Shown: positions 24,421 through 39,000 of the stretch, in pieces
Numbering within the stretch: position 1 is the stretch's first letter
Layout: each line of letters begins with the position of its first letter
Origin: Heptranchias perlo
Lineage: Eukaryota
Length of the DNA stretch: 64,000 bases
Assembly: GCF_035084215.1 (NCBI RefSeq)
Contig: NW_027139442.1
Location: 11,222,001 to 11,286,000, forward strand
Direction of reading: 5' to 3'
Made by a program: the position numbers and the translations under genes
The notes under the pieces: model-generated
What the model saw: only the letters and a program-made list of their open reading frames with translations
Databases searched by the model: none
What the model was told of the DNA's origin: nothing

Positions 24421-24794
24421 CATCGACTGGCCGTAAGCGAGACCTCGAACAGAGTGGAACAAATTCACATTGTCTGTCGTTACAGAAACAGGACAAAGTG
24501 CAATGTGAGGAAATAGTTTCTCTCTGTAACTTCTACTCTGTTTTTTAAAAATATTTTGACAGTGAAAAATTAAGACAACTGACTCATAATAAAGTTTTTG
24601 TTTTGTTGATTCAAAAGTTGTGAATTTGCCCCATTATATTTCACTGTACATTGCGCAATATTTCTGTCTGATTTCTCAGGACATGAATTAGATTAATTCA
24701 AATAAATCGAACTAAAACACAAATAAAAACTGAGCACAAAGCTGGAAGTTTTAATGGCGACCGTCAAAAGTGAAAGGGATAAAATAGAGAGAAA

Positions 24795-24900
24795 AAAATA
24801 CCAAAAATGCTGGAAAGACTCAGCAGGTCCGGCAGCATATGTGGAGAAGGGAAGCTCGGGTTAACGGTTCAGGACTATGACCCTTCAATAGATCAGAAAG
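24795..24900 (-). mobile_element. Penelope-like element terminal fragment (copy also at ~49115-49215)
   Basis: AAAATGCTGGAAAGACTCAGCAGGTCCGGCAGCAT...GTTAACGGTTCAGG...GACCCTTC resembles the Penelope-like terminal repeats I recall from shark genomes; not database-checked. Confidence 0.5.
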
Positions 24901-25379
24901 GTTAATCCGGCATAGTTTAAATAAGGGACGGGAATCAGCAGAGAGAAAAAACTTCAGAAAATCTATTAATTTCACTGAATCCGGGCAATTGTTTCCCGTG
25001 TCCACTGTACAGATCAGTGTAAATAATAATACAAAGGGAAAGAGTTAAATTCAAAGTTATGGTGGAAAGAAATGACCTTTCAAAGTATTTTAAAAATATA
25101 AATAAGACCCGTTTGTGTTTTGGAAACACTATCCCTCTGAACATCATCAAATTCGGTTCCAGTCTTGGTGATTCTGAATTCAGCGTGCTGGGATTCAAAC
25201 CTGTTGGAATGAACTGTTTGGAAGGGAGCTCTGCTCACCATTATAGCGCCTTATTTCACTAGGAGGGAAAAATCGAGTGTTTCTGTGGAGTTTGGGTTTG
25301 GGGTTTCTGGTACTTTAATCATAGACAATAAATAGTTTCCAAACATCCGCCCCTGAACAGACACAAAAAGCTGGTAGAA

Positions 25380-26420
25380 TTTCTCATTCATAGATATTAA
25401 ATAAGAGGATGGCAAAAGCGAATAGGAAGAGGTTAGGAAGAAGTCACAAAAACAATTAGGGAAGCAAACAGCAACTACGAAATCAAATTATCAAGGAATA
25501 TAAAAAGAAATAGTAAATTATTCCACAGACACAAAAATAACAAAAGGAAAACCAGAATAGTTTGAGTGCCACTAAGGGATGCACAAGATAAACTCACAGG
25601 TAATGTCAGCGAAATGGCAGAAATATTGAATTGTTACTTTGCCTCAGTATTTACCAGGGAGATTAACAGGGTAAATATGATATAGAGGAAGAGGTCAATA
25701 AAGATATCAAGACATTTAAGTTAGAAAGGGTGGTTAAACTGGTCCAGATGGATTGCATCCGCACGTATTAAATGAAGCAAGGGAAGAGATAGCAGAGGCA
25801 CTGTTACATATATAGAAAAAAAATCATCACAAAAACGAATAGTGCCAAAGGGCAGGATGATAGTTAATGTGATTCATATATTTTGAAACAGGAGATAGAA
25901 CAAGTCCAGGGAACTATAGGCCAGTTAACAAAAGGTCGGTGGTAGGAATGATCATGGAATCTTTTACTCAATGAAGCAATCGAAAAACATCTAGAAACCG
26001 AAAATATAATAAAGAATAGTCAGCACGGATTTCAGAAAGGGAAGGTTTAACAGTTTGACAGAAGGTTTGAAAGTTTAAATTACAGTTCAACATAACTTAT
26101 CTGCTTTTCAATTCTATTCCTCTAGAAATATACCCCAGTGCTGTGTTTGCTTTCTGTGGCCTCATCAACCTGTGTTGCTACTTTTAATGATTTGTCAATC
26201 TGTACCCCGAAATCCCTTCGCTCTTCTACCACATTTAGACTCTTATTTTCCAAGCAGTATGAGGCCTCCTTATTCCCCCGAGCAAAATGCACCATCTCAC
26301 ACCTTTCTATATTGAAATTCAATGGCCATTTACACCGCCTTTCATCAAGCTTATTAAAGTCTTCTTGTATTTTGTTGGATTCTTCGTCAGTATAGACTAT
26401 ACACCCTAAATTAATTACAA
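25380..26420. mobile_element. Degraded CR1 ORF2 in two convergent pieces (+ 25380-26050, - 26100-26420)
   Basis: Plus strand: GPDGLHP, PGNYRPV, SQHGFQKG; minus strand: NKIQEDFNKL...FNIERCEMVHF...DFGVQIDKSLKVATQVD. Confidence 0.8.
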
Positions 26421-26649
26421 AATTTAATACAGCATGCAACCAACATTTGGTCCAACCAAATGTTTCCAATTCCCAGTTTTTCTAAATCCCACTCGTGCAA
26501 CATAATGTGAAGAATGAGTTTATCTTCTGTCCCTCTCTCACCTGCAAACTTCAATGTCCCGGGGTTTGGGGACATCTACTGGCCGGAAGCAGAACTGCAA
26601 CAGTTCGGAATAAATTGCTCAAACCGGACAATGTGCAGTGTGAGCGTGT

Positions 26650-26810
26650 TTGTGATTGGTGGCAGGTATTAAATCTAATTGGTTTCTTCAGATATCCAAT
26701 CAGAGAGTGAATGGAAAAGGTGACGTTGTATCACTCCGAATGACCCAATCACAATCAATGCCTTCCTCCATCCCTCATTAGCATAGGGCTGTGGGGCTGC
26801 CTATTTAATC
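26650..26810 (+). promoter_or_regulatory. H2B promoter (CCAAT boxes, octamer variant ATTAGCAT, TATTTAA)
   Basis: ATTGG/CCAAT at ~26655, ~26678, 26696 and ~26745; ATTAGCAT at 26777-26784; TATTTAA at 26802-26808. Confidence 0.7.
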
Positions 26811-26861
26811 CGAGTTCGGAGCGGAATTGGGTCATTCCTGGGTCTGAAATTGAGTTTGAAA

Positions 26862-27236
26862 ATGCCTGAGGACAAGAAAGCAGCTCCCAAGAAGGGCGCC
26901 AAGAAAACCTTGAGTAAAGCACCAGCCAAGGGCGGCAAGAAGCGGAGAAAGTCGAGGAAGGAGAGTTACTCCATCTACATCTACAAAGTGATGAAGCAGG
27001 TTCACCCCGACACCGGCATCTCCTCCAAGGCCATGAGCATCATGAACTCCTTTGTGAACGATATTTTCGAGCGCATCGCGGGTGAGGCTTCCCGCCTGGC
27101 CCATTACAACAAGCGGGCGACCATCAGCTCCCGGGAGATCCAGACCGCCGTGCGCCTGCTGCTGCCCGGGGAACTGGCCAAACACGCCGTATCGGAAGGG
27201 ACGAAGGCGGTGACCAAGTACACCAGCTCCAAGTAA
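26862..27236 (+). CDS. H2B: Histone H2B (124 aa), copy 1
   Basis: MPEDKK...[27 protein letters not shown]...[10 protein letters not shown]; intronless; stem-loop downstream. Confidence 0.98.
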   Translation: MPEDKKAAPKKGAKKTLSKAPAKGGKKRRKSRKESYSIYIYKVMKQVHPDTGISSKAMSIMNSFVNDIFERIAGEASRLAHYNKRATISSREIQTAVRLLLPGELAKHAVSEGTKAVTKYTSSK

Positions 27237-27270
27237 AACTCCACAATGCACTGAAAAAAATGAACACAAA

Positions 27271-27286
27271 GGCTCTTTTAAGAGCC
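27271..27286 (+). terminator. Histone 3' stem-loop (H2B copy 1)
   Basis: AAA-GGCTCTTTTAAGAGCC-ACCCA. Confidence 0.97.
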
Positions 27287-28101
27287 ACCCACAGTCTCTC
27301 TGAAGACGCTGTAACGACCCCTCTGTGTAGAATCATTTTACTGTAGAATGTTTGATACTAACTGTTTTTCTCTAACTCTTGTGCTTTTCTAATTTCTCTT
27401 GAAATCTAGTAGATTCTCATCATCACTGCCGGTTATAATCTGTGTGTTGCTTTTTTATTTAGTCCCAATAACCAAAAACGTGTCACTGATCCACTCGTTC
27501 TCGTTCATATTCCGACCCTTCCCGGCTACTGCCCATTAAGAGCCGTTTTAAGGGGGTGGAATAGACTTCAGTCATTTTTTTATCATTTTCACGTTTGTTT
27601 GTTCATTATTCGGGAATATCACTTTCAGAACCGCAATCCTTTGTAAAGCAACAGCCTTGAAAGAGACTTCACACCGAGTACAGAATAGTCTAAAGGATAT
27701 GTTACTGTTCGACTCCTTGCACCAGGAGTCCCGGCTCCGGTTTCGATCGCGATGCAGCTCCTGCGAACAGGGATCAATCCACAATCTGTCGTTTGTTCCT
27801 TTCACAAAGATTGAGCTGGAATCTGTCTCGTTACAAAATGGGTCTTTATTCCCGCCCGATTGAACATGAACGGTTAATGAAGCCGGATTTTAACCGGAAT
27901 GTATAAGGTTCTGGAAGTTGTGACGGGAAATGTGGAACAACAGAGTAAAAGGAGAGAGATATTTAAATTTTTGTCTTTCGCGACATTATTTACTAAATCC
28001 GATTCTTGTGTTACAGAAATATTGGCGGGCTTTTCAAATTTCAAAAAAACGGTTCAGTTCGGTATTTTCCGTCCTTTTCTCATTCGGCTATTGATTGGTG
28101 A

Positions 28102-28650
<549 letters not shown>

Positions 28651-28680
28651 AGCGGCCAAGATTTAACCTGATAACCCAAA

Positions 28681-28696
28681 GGCTCTTTTCAGAGCC
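28681..28696 (+). terminator. Histone 3' stem-loop (H2A copy 1)
   Basis: GGCTCTTTTCAGAGCC-ACCCA followed by purine-rich HDE GAAAGGGCTG. Confidence 0.97.
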
Positions 28697-29247
28697 ACCC
28701 ACGGTATCTATGAAAGGGCTGGTCACTGTCTGTGGGCTCAGGAATTAACTTCAAAAGGACTTGATTCCGATTCGAGAAACTAACAATAACTTGTTATGCA
28801 CAAATCATCCATATCGGTCTGTTGCAGTAATCGCTTCCGGACCGCAGATGTCGCCAACCTCCAATCGATTATAATTTGCAGTTTGTCTGGTGAATGAGAC
28901 AAAATACCAGAACCGTTAGAATTGCCAACTGGGCGGGTGGGATACAGAAATACCAGGGACGCTTAATATTATTTACCGTCCCATCCTCGGACAACACTGG
29001 CTCAGTCTGTGTTATTTTACCCAGATTTGTACAACGGATGCTGACTGATGTGCTGTTATTGTATCAGCGATTACTGAATTAAGAATGTGAGTGAAATTTG
29101 TGTTTGGATGTGAGTGAGGTATTTATTCTGTCCCTGTCCGTCTAATATCTGCTCCCTCCCCTTTATACGTTTCCCATTTAAGCAAATTTCTCACGACCCT
29201 GCCATTTCAACGCAGGAGATCACAGCTCTTTCCATCGCCGATTTGGT

Positions 29248-29263
29248 GGCTCTGAAAAGAGCC
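29248..29263 (-). terminator. Histone 3' stem-loop (H3)
   Basis: GGCTCTTTTCAGAGCC then HDE GGAAAGAGCTGTG on the minus strand. Confidence 0.97.
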
Positions 29264-29296
29264 TTTGTTGAACTTGGTGCTGAAGCCGGGTCGGGT

Positions 29297-29710
<414 letters not shown>

Positions 29711-30561
29711 CTAAACCGATCTCAACACAACACAGAGACTGTGAATACGGAGTGCGCTCTGGGGCCGCCTTTTAAAGCGTCTAAGGGTATCCGCCCCTGG
29801 CCTGTGATTGGCTGAGGTTTCACCCCCAGACAAGGAGGGACTGCCCCGGGACTGTGATTGGCAGGTTTGATCCGAGATCTTTCAGTCAGACCAAAACGGC
29901 GGGAGGTATTGGGTCCCAATTGGCTGAGCTGAAATTAATCTTCAAATTCAAAAAGCCCGCCAATTTCAGAGCATCAAATAACAGTTTCAAGAAAATTTCA
30001 TTTCCCTCCAGCAATTTATGAATCTCTCTCTTTATAATCTCCGTTATTTCCTTCTCCTCAGCTCAAATCGCAGGCTGTTTCACATTCCGGTTCATTCTCT
30101 GATCTGTCTGTAAACGGGCGGGAATAAATCCCCGGTCATTGCTTTCCGTAACGGGAATTGCTTTCCAGCTTCAATTTCAAAAATCCCGCCAGTTCCGGCC
30201 CGGTGAACCGCTCCTCAAACAGAAACTTCACATCGAACTGATAATTGAATGAGGGCAGGAAATAAAGACCGAGCAGAGAGGACACAGCGGGAGAGGGAGT
30301 GAGGAGGGATTTTACTCTGAGCGGAGAAGGTAATGTCTGGGGAAAGACTCTGCATCACCGCCTGTTCATTTATACCGTGAAACCGGGAATTCCGCTCCTT
30401 CTCTCGGGATGGCCGAGAACCCCGGCCGTTGTTTCTGATCTCCCTGTACCGAGTGTTGGGGAATCTCCCCATACTAATTAAATATCGGAAACTGATTCCC
30501 CACCCCGAGATCTTTCCTCTCCCCGTTCCCAGGTCAGTGCTCTCTCTTTGAGGCGGTGGGT

Positions 30562-30577
30562 GGCTCTGAGAAGAGCC
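30562..30577 (-). terminator. Histone 3' stem-loop (H4 copy 1)
   Basis: GGCTCTTCTCAGAGCC-ACCCA then AAAGAGAG on the minus strand. Confidence 0.96.
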
Positions 30578-30612
30578 TTTGTTTTGTGTCCGGTTAGAAA
30601 GGGTCCAGTTGT

Positions 30613-30933
<321 letters not shown>

Positions 30934-31768
30934 TCAGTCAAATCGCTGCTGAATGAACAGCAAACTGATGTTGGTTCCGTTTTTATGCAGCCTGCCCTGA
31001 CCTGACTGAAACAGACACAGGGTGAGAGAGGGAGGGGAGGAGATAGAGATAAATATTAAACAGGGAGGGGAGGAGACAGAGTGTGATATTAAACAGGGAG
31101 GGGAGGAGACAATCAGAGAGACGGACAGAGCGGAGAGCGGCCTCTGATCTTCCAGCTCCACCTCCAGCTTTCTCCACCCGCCAATTTCAAACCGTTTATC
31201 GATAATAGAACCGAAACACCGCGCTCCGCACAAACCCTGACAGAGTCGGGCTTCATAGAATCCCGGAGCTTTTCAATAAGCCCCGTTACAATCAATAGTC
31301 AGTAATATTCCTGCCTAAATACAGTCCCTTCTATAACAAGTCAACCCGCCTCCTTCCATTTCAGTCCCAGACCCGATTCTATCTCCCCGCACATTCCCTC
31401 CCAGACGGGTTCAGCAGTTTATAAACACTTTATTCCAGCTGATTTGAAGAATCTCATGTGTTGGGGTTTGAATTGTGATAGCTGCCGATCTCCGCCAGTT
31501 TTACCCTGTTACGGACTGTCGCCCTGAATCTGTGAGAAAAAATGAACTGGGACTGGAGCCGAACACACGCCAGTTCCAGTGAGGCCCGGCCCGGACATCC
31601 CATTCTCTCTATTTTATTAGACATTGGGGGTCGGGCGGGGATAGCGAATGTCAGCGAGTCACCAGGACCCTGGGTTTATTTGAAATGATTTCTATCTGAA
31701 ATCTGAGCCCTGCCCCGGGACAGGAATCATCTGATTCCGGGATCAGCTCTTTTCTGAGAGACGTGGGT

Positions 31769-31784
31769 GGCTCTGAGAAGAGCC
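31769..31784 (-). terminator. Histone 3' stem-loop (H1)
   Basis: GGCTCTTCTCAGAGCC-ACCCA then HDE GAAAAGAGCTG on the minus strand. Confidence 0.96.
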
Positions 31785-31820
31785 GTTGGGTTCAGATGGT
31801 CACAAGTTGCACTTGATTTT

Positions 31821-32435
31821 TTACTTCTTTTTGCCCGCTGCTTTCTTAGGCTTTGCTGACTTCGGCTTGGGCTTGGCCCTCGGTTTTTCCACCTTCTTCG
31901 CCTTCGCCTTCACTGTCTTGGGGGTCTTGGGCTTCTTAGCCGCCGCTTTCTTCTTAATTGGTGATTTCGCCGCCTTTTTCGTGGTCGATTTCTTGACCGC
32001 TGGTTTCTTGGCCATTAATTTCTTGAGGGCTGTTTTTTTGGTCGCTGGTTTCTTTCCGGGAGATTTCTTGGTCACTTGTTTCTTCACCTTCTTTCCCACT
32101 TTTGCCTGGATTTCCTTCTTAGCGACTCTGAAGGAGCCCGAGGCGCCCGTGCCCTTGATCTGCACCAGGGAGCCTTTTTCCACATTTCTCTTGATACTTA
32201 ATTTGATCTGGGACCGGTGCTTCTCCACATCCAGGCCTTTGGCAGCCAGAACCTTCTTTATCGCGGCCAGGGATATCCCCTTGCGATCCTTGCAATCCGC
32301 CACAATCTTGAGGATCTGTTCGCCCAACGGGGGACCGGTGGTCTTGGGTCGGGGAACCGCCTTCTTCTTCTTCGGAGCCTTGAGTGGAGCGGCGGCGGCA
32401 GGAGGAGCCGTTTCGGCGGCTGCAGTGTCTGTCAT
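31821..32435 (-). CDS. H1: Linker histone H1 (204 aa)
   Basis: MTDTAAAETAP N-tail, winged-helix domain ending KGTGASGSF, Lys/Ala/Pro-rich tail with SPxK/TPK motifs; start chosen downstream of the TATA-like element. Confidence 0.95.
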   Translation of the reverse strand: MTDTAAAETAPPAAAAPLKAPKKKKAVPRPKTTGPPLGEQILKIVADCKDRKGISLAAIKKVLAAKGLDVEKHRSQIKLSIKRNVEKGSLVQIKGTGASGSFRVAKKEIQAKVGKKVKKQVTKKSPGKKPATKKTALKKLMAKKPAVKKSTTKKAAKSPIKKKAAAKKPKTPKTVKAKAKKVEKPRAKPKPKSAKPKKAAGKKK

Positions 32436-32509
32436 GTCCGGGACTCTGTCGAAAATCTCTCTGACAGTCAGAGCTGGGTCAGAAATGAAACGTAAGGCGG
32501 CGGCACAGA

Positions 32510-32590
32510 GCAACTTAAAGGCACAGAGCGGACGGGGCGGAGACATCCTGCTGTCAGCTCCCGGCCCCTCCAGCCTCTCTGTGTTTCTCT
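32510..32590 (-). promoter_or_regulatory. H1 promoter (H1 box, GC box, CGTCCGC, TATA-like)
   Basis: Minus strand: AAACACA (32580-32586), CTCCGCCCC, CGTCCGC, CTTTAAG. Confidence 0.7.
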
Positions 32591-34624
32591 CTCCTCTGAA
32601 ACTCCCCGATTCCAATTCAAATCGGGCACTCCAGAGTCCCAGACTAGCCCCTTCCTATATCTCACACCGGTATGTTTGCTGTCGAAAAACTTTCACCGGA
32701 ATTAAAAGCACCAGTTTCGAATGAAACCCGTTTCATTGCTGCACTGATCGCGCTCTCTCACCCGATCGCTGACATGATCTCCGTTTTTCACCTGAAATCT
32801 TGAATTGATCTGAAACTTTACCTTAAATTTCCACTTCGGAGCTCGGCAGGGGAGGAGGGCGATCCTTTGACAGGGATTTTTTAAAATTTTACTCAAAAGG
32901 GACTCGGAAATCTGGCGATGAGTCCGGCCACACAAACACAGTGACATTAATCTAACCCATCCGCCCCTTTAACACACTCTCTCTGACACAATGTTCACAT
33001 CTTCACATTCACAGGACAAACTGTTCGCCAGATTGACAATTCCCGTGACAGGCTTTCCTCCCCGCTCGGCCTGTGCTGCAGATTCTCGGAGGTGAGTTGT
33101 CGTTTCCCAGCTCAGTAACTGTTAAACACTCTGAGGCCAGCGCTCCTCACAGTGTCTGGTCCCCAGATTCAGGGGCAGCAGTCAATCACAGCTGTGGATG
33201 TGATTATCCATATCTGGTTTTACATGATTATATTATTCACACTCAGCAATATGTTTGGTTGAGACGATAATACAAATTATCCGCTCTGGGCTCCTCCAGT
33301 CTCTCTGTCTTTCTCTCCCTCCTCCGAAACTGACTGACAGACAACAGTGACTGGTGTCCTATCCGTCCCATTCTCAACACCCAGAGACGGCCAGTTACTG
33401 AATAAATTCAACATTCATAGGCAGTCCTGTGTCAGGCCGTTACATGCTGTTTCTCCCCACCTTTCCTTATTGGACTGGAGACTGATAAATGCACCGTCAG
33501 ACCGGCTCATACATAATAGAAGGGACAGTGACCGTCTCACCAACAGCACCGGAGGTCTGTTCACAAACACAGAATCAGTCTTTACCTTCCAACAGGGTGT
33601 TCATATTAAGCTCAATAACACTATCCCGCTTTCATGTACAGCGCTGGAGGGAGAGAAATACAGACGGACAGATAAAGAGACAGACAGAGACAGGCACACA
33701 GACAAAGTATCATTCTCACACTTCCTCTCAGTGTGTCCGTTTCACACTCAGCAAACAGTATCCCACCTTCGTGTACAGCGCCAGAGAGATACAGACAGGC
33801 AGAGTATCAGCCATACGCTTCCCATCAGTCTCTCGGTATCACGCTCAGCAGCAGTATTCCACCTTCATATGTTGTACATAAGAGAGAGAGAAACTGACCT
33901 GCAATGTCCCGTTTTCACCCAGTAACAAATTGGAAAATTCTCCATTCCAATTGCCATTCCAAGCTGGAGTGACGGAAGATGCAGTCTCATCTCTCACTGA
34001 TATTATTTCAGAGACAGACACATTATTAATCCCACTCTCAGGGACAGGGTCACGCATTTAACCCTCTCTTGCATGTTGTACCCTCTGCAATTTTGCAGCT
34101 CAGGGCCCTTCTGTATTTCTCTCAGTGACCGAGAGTTTCACTCCGATTGAAATAAACTGGGACTGTAGCCGTCAAATATTAATCCTACACGGTCCCAGCA
34201 AATACACCGACTCCCACTTTCCTCCCATGTTTCTCCAGGATTGGTTCGAGGAATCCGGCATCCAGTTACGGAGTCACAAGTTTCTTTATCAGTAAAGGGA
34301 CCAAGAATGAACAGAACCAATTGGCTCATTTCACAGCCGCCCACTTTATCTCTGAAAGACTCTTTTCCATCAAAAGATACCGAGAGAAACAGCAGGGATG
34401 GAAACATCTAGTTTAATAGTTAGAGATTGTAAAGTAAGTCTGGATTCCAGCGTTAGGCACTGGTGGAATCCCATCTGTTTTCCATTCTGGTGCCTGTTCC
34501 TGCACTGCCTGTGGACCCCATTCCCTCTGACCTTTCCCCCAGACCCACTTCCTTTGCTCAGACTCTGAAAAATTCCAATTGGGGAAAGTTTCCATCGATT
34601 TTTGTATTGAGAATTAAACCAGAC

Positions 34625-35788
34625 ATCTGCGCATGCGCGACTCAGCCCCGCCCCCAGCGCTGGTTGTTGGTGAGCGGAAGAGCGCATGCGCGCTCCCCTC
34701 CCCCAGCTCGGCCTGTGGGCGCCATTCCCTCAGTGAGCGGAAGTAGATGGTTTAAAACAGCCGGGAATGGAGAGATCACGGCCCCCGGGGGAAGGGAGCA
34801 AAGAGCAGCCTCGTTACAGCAGCTCATCGCTTCGGGACCGTGTCCGCAGATGGACTCAGAGATCGGCATTGAGTCCGGGGGAAGGGCAGGGGGAGTCCGG
34901 GGGCTGTTTGTAAGAGGCGGAGTGGATCACGAACTGGTCCCGGAACATGGAGTGAGCGGGGGAAGGGAGAGGTCATTCTCGGGCTGTGTCCAGGGTAAGG
35001 GGAGAGAATGGGAAGAACCTGCTATTTAAAATCATTGCTGCTTTCTCTCCCCAAACCAGTAGTGAATGTTCCTGGTTTAGTTCCAGTCTCACCCTGTTTA
35101 TTGTTATTGGACAGTGACGGGTGGAAACAGAGCCGGACAGTAAGGATGTGGGGAGTTAAACAAAGAGCATCTGTTGCAGGCACCAGGTGAGAAGTGTGAA
35201 GGACACATTTTAAACAGCGGTTGTTTGATTTCGGTTGAACGGTTCGTCCCATGGGAGATGGGATTAGAAACCTGACGTGTGCAAAGGTCCCCGCCCCATC
35301 GGGTCGTCCCATTCATGGATCAGTGCAGGGGTTGGGTTGTGTCTGGATGTCACTAAATCGTTGTAAAATTGCCCAACACATCTGGTGTGCAGAAGCTGAG
35401 TGCTGCAGTACTGCAGTGGAGTCAGACACTGACACTGTTTGTATCACTGGTTCTCATTTGTGGATATTCAAAATAATCATTGACATGGATATTAATTCGA
35501 ACACTTTTGTATTTTCTACCTCACTGGTTCTTGAGTTACAAGAGATAAATTTCATCCTGCAGGCAAATCCTTGATGGATCCAGAATCAGTGTTATGTTTC
35601 CTCCACTCGAGGCACAAGGAAAAGTGCAGCCAACTCCTTCTCCCACACAGTAAGTACATTATCACACACAGCGCACAGAGACACAGACAGGTCATCAGTT
35701 CCACAGTCTCAGACAGTCGAAGCAGTCAGTCCCACACTGATCCCAAGTTCCACAGACACATTTTCAATCTAACAGTCAAACAGAGCAG
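34625..35788 (+). other. Unidentified spliced unit, second promoter-bearing copy (NRF1/ETS promoter + candidate exons)
   Basis: Colinear and highly similar to 15170-16330; first donor GT to GC and exon-2 acceptor AG to AA; exon 3 at 35563-35788 with intact splice sites. Confidence 0.5.
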
Positions 35789-35849
35789 GTGAGGCAGACA
35801 CTGTTCCATTTCCCCCGAGCTGAGTCCCGCTGACAGGTAGATACAAAAA

Positions 35850-38800
35850 TCCCAGTCCAAGATCACACTATCAGATGGAAAGGCACTGTATCAATCTCAC
35901 AATAGGGCAACATTAGCTACGAATTAAATACCAGATCGAAATCACACATGGCACCCGATTTAAAGGTGCAGAATGAATCCCAATAATGTACCCTGAGATT
36001 CCAATTGATTACTCGCCCAGAACTCTCACACACATGTGAGTTTATACACTATGCGAATGGATATTGCATGTATCATGTGATACAAATTGCATACGAGTCC
36101 AAAACTCATGTACAGTATCAGATTAAAAATGCTGTGAGAGTGTAATCTGAGAAACAAATTAGATATCAGTTTATAATGGACTCATATTGTGAGATGTAAA
36201 GATACAGTATCAATTCTATTAGTACAGACTGAGCTATACATTATACGCCATTTGAAAAGTGTCACCATATCAATTTGAAAGATACATTATCTTTCACAAT
36301 AGTACTCACAGAGATACAGATTTAATAGTAGTTCAAAAAGCACACAAATTATCTGATTAAAACCTACAGTGTCAAATCCTAAAGTGTATCCACATTTACC
36401 AATTAAATAATGAGAAATATGATCTAAACATGAAGATATTAAAGCTAAATTTTTTTATGCCATAATGCAATCTGAGAGAATAATTACATACAGATACAGA
36501 ATGAATCTCACACTCAGATATAGTACCAGAGACTGACAGATGCAGAAGGAATCCCAAACTCACATCCAATAATAGACTGACAGACACAGAGCGAATCCTA
36601 CACTCACATATGGTACCAGAGATGACAGATATAGAATGAATCCCACACTGGCATACAGTACCAAGGGCTGATAGATATCTAGTTAATTACTCACTCTCAT
36701 AAAGTACTAGAGACTGACAGAAAGATAATGACTCCCACATTCACACAGTACCAGAGCCTGAGAGATACAGAATGAATCATACACTCACACACAGTACCAG
36801 AGACTGACAGATAGAGAATGCATCCCAAACCAACATGCAGTCTGAGAGGCTGCATATACAGAAAGAATTCAACACCCACATACAAGACTGGAGACTGAAA
36901 GAGACAGAATAAATCCCACACTCACAGTATCAGAGACTGCATATATAGAATAAATCACAAACTCACACACACTACTGACAAGATACAGAATGAATCCCAC
37001 ACTGACAAACTGTTCCAGATACTGAGAGATACAAAATGAATCACACATTAGTGCAGGCTGAGTAACATTATTTACCAGTCCAAGAAGTATCAGATTGAAA
37101 GATACAGTATCAATTCCATTAGTGCAGACTGATCTACACATTATATACCACTAAAAAAACTGATGCAGATTCAGACTGAAATATACAGTATTCCATTCAT
37201 GCAGACTGAGCTACACATCATATACAAGTTCAAAAATGTCACCATATCAGTTTGGAAGATGAACTAATTCACAATTGTGTTCCCATCGATACCGATTTAA
37301 TAGTAGTCCAAAAAGTGCCCACATTCTCTGACTATATTCTAAAGCATTTCATTATCAACCAATTAAACACTGGGAAAAATATGCATTAATTGAGCTATTA
37401 AAGATAAAGTTTTGAACACCATACTGTAAACGGAGATACAAATTACATACAGATAAGGAATGAATCTCACACTCAGATAGAGGGCCAGAGAGTGACACAC
37501 AGAATGAAACCAGCACTCACGCAATGTAACAGAGACTGACAGATACCGAATGAATCCTACATTCACACACAGTAAAAGGGACTGACAGATATAGAATGAA
37601 TCACACACACCCACAGTACCAGAGCCTGACAGATACAGAATGAATCCCACACGCACAGACAGTACTAGGGACTGTCAGATACAGAATGAATCCCACACTC
37701 ACAGACAGTACTAGGGACTGACAGATATAGAATGAATCCCACACTCACAGACAGTACTAGGGACTGACAGATACAGAATGAATCTCACAGTCACACACAT
37801 TAATGCAGTCTGAGTTACACATTACACATCAGTCCAAAAATCTCATAGTGTCAGATTGAAAGATACAGTATCAATTCCATTAGTGCAGACTGATCTACAT
37901 ATTATAAAGCACTACAAAAAACTGATAAAGATTCAGACTGAAATATACAGTATACCTTTCAAGCAGACTGAGCTACACATCATATACAAGTTCAAAAATG
38001 TCACCATATCATTTTGGAAGATAAACTAATTCACAATTTTTTTCCCATCGATACAGATTTAATAGAAGTCCAAAAAGTGCCCACATTCTCTGATTATAAC
38101 CGAAAACATTATATTTTAAAATGTATCATTATCTACCAATTAAACACTGGGAAAAATTATTGATACATTGAGGTATTAATGAGAGAGTTTTGAACACCAT
38201 ACTGTAAACAGAGACACAAATTACATACAGATAAAGAATGAATCTCACACTCAGATAGAGGGCCAGAGACTGACATGCAAATTGAAAACAGCACTCAAAC
38301 AATGTAACAGTGACTGACAGATACAGAATGAATCCGACACTCACACACATTACAAGGGACTGACAGATACAGAATGAATCCTACACTCACACTCATTACA
38401 AGGGACTGACAGATACAGAATGAATCCCACACTCACACACATTACAAGGGACTGACAGACATAGAATGAATCACACACTCCCACGGTACCAGAGACTGAC
38501 AGATACAGAATGAATCCTAAACTCACACACTGTAGCACAGACTAACAGAGACAAAATTTATATCACTCACAAACAGTACCAGAAATTGATAGATGCAGAA
38601 TGAAAGTCTCCCTCACATATAGCACCTGACACTGACGGAAACAGACTGAAACGCTCATTCACACAAAATACCAGGGACTAACAGATATTGAATGAATCCC
38701 ATACTCACACACAGTACCAGAGACTGACAGATACAGAGTTAATTCCACACTTATACACAGTACCTGAGACTGGCAGATACAGAATTAATCCCACTCTCGT

Positions 38801-39000
38801 ATACAGTGCCACAGACTTGCAGATACAGAATGATCCCAAACTCATATGTAGTGCCAGAGACTGAGAGATACAGAATTAACACCATGCTCACACTCAGTAC
38901 CAGAGACTGGCAGATACAGAATGAATCCCACACTCACACAGTATCAGATATTGACATGCAGAGTAAACCCCGCTCTCACACACAGTACTGGAGACTGACT
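35850..39000 (+). repeat. Composite 46/82-bp satellite block
   Basis: Same units; includes an internal ~780-bp duplication (37050-37800 vs 37800-38550). Confidence 0.88.
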
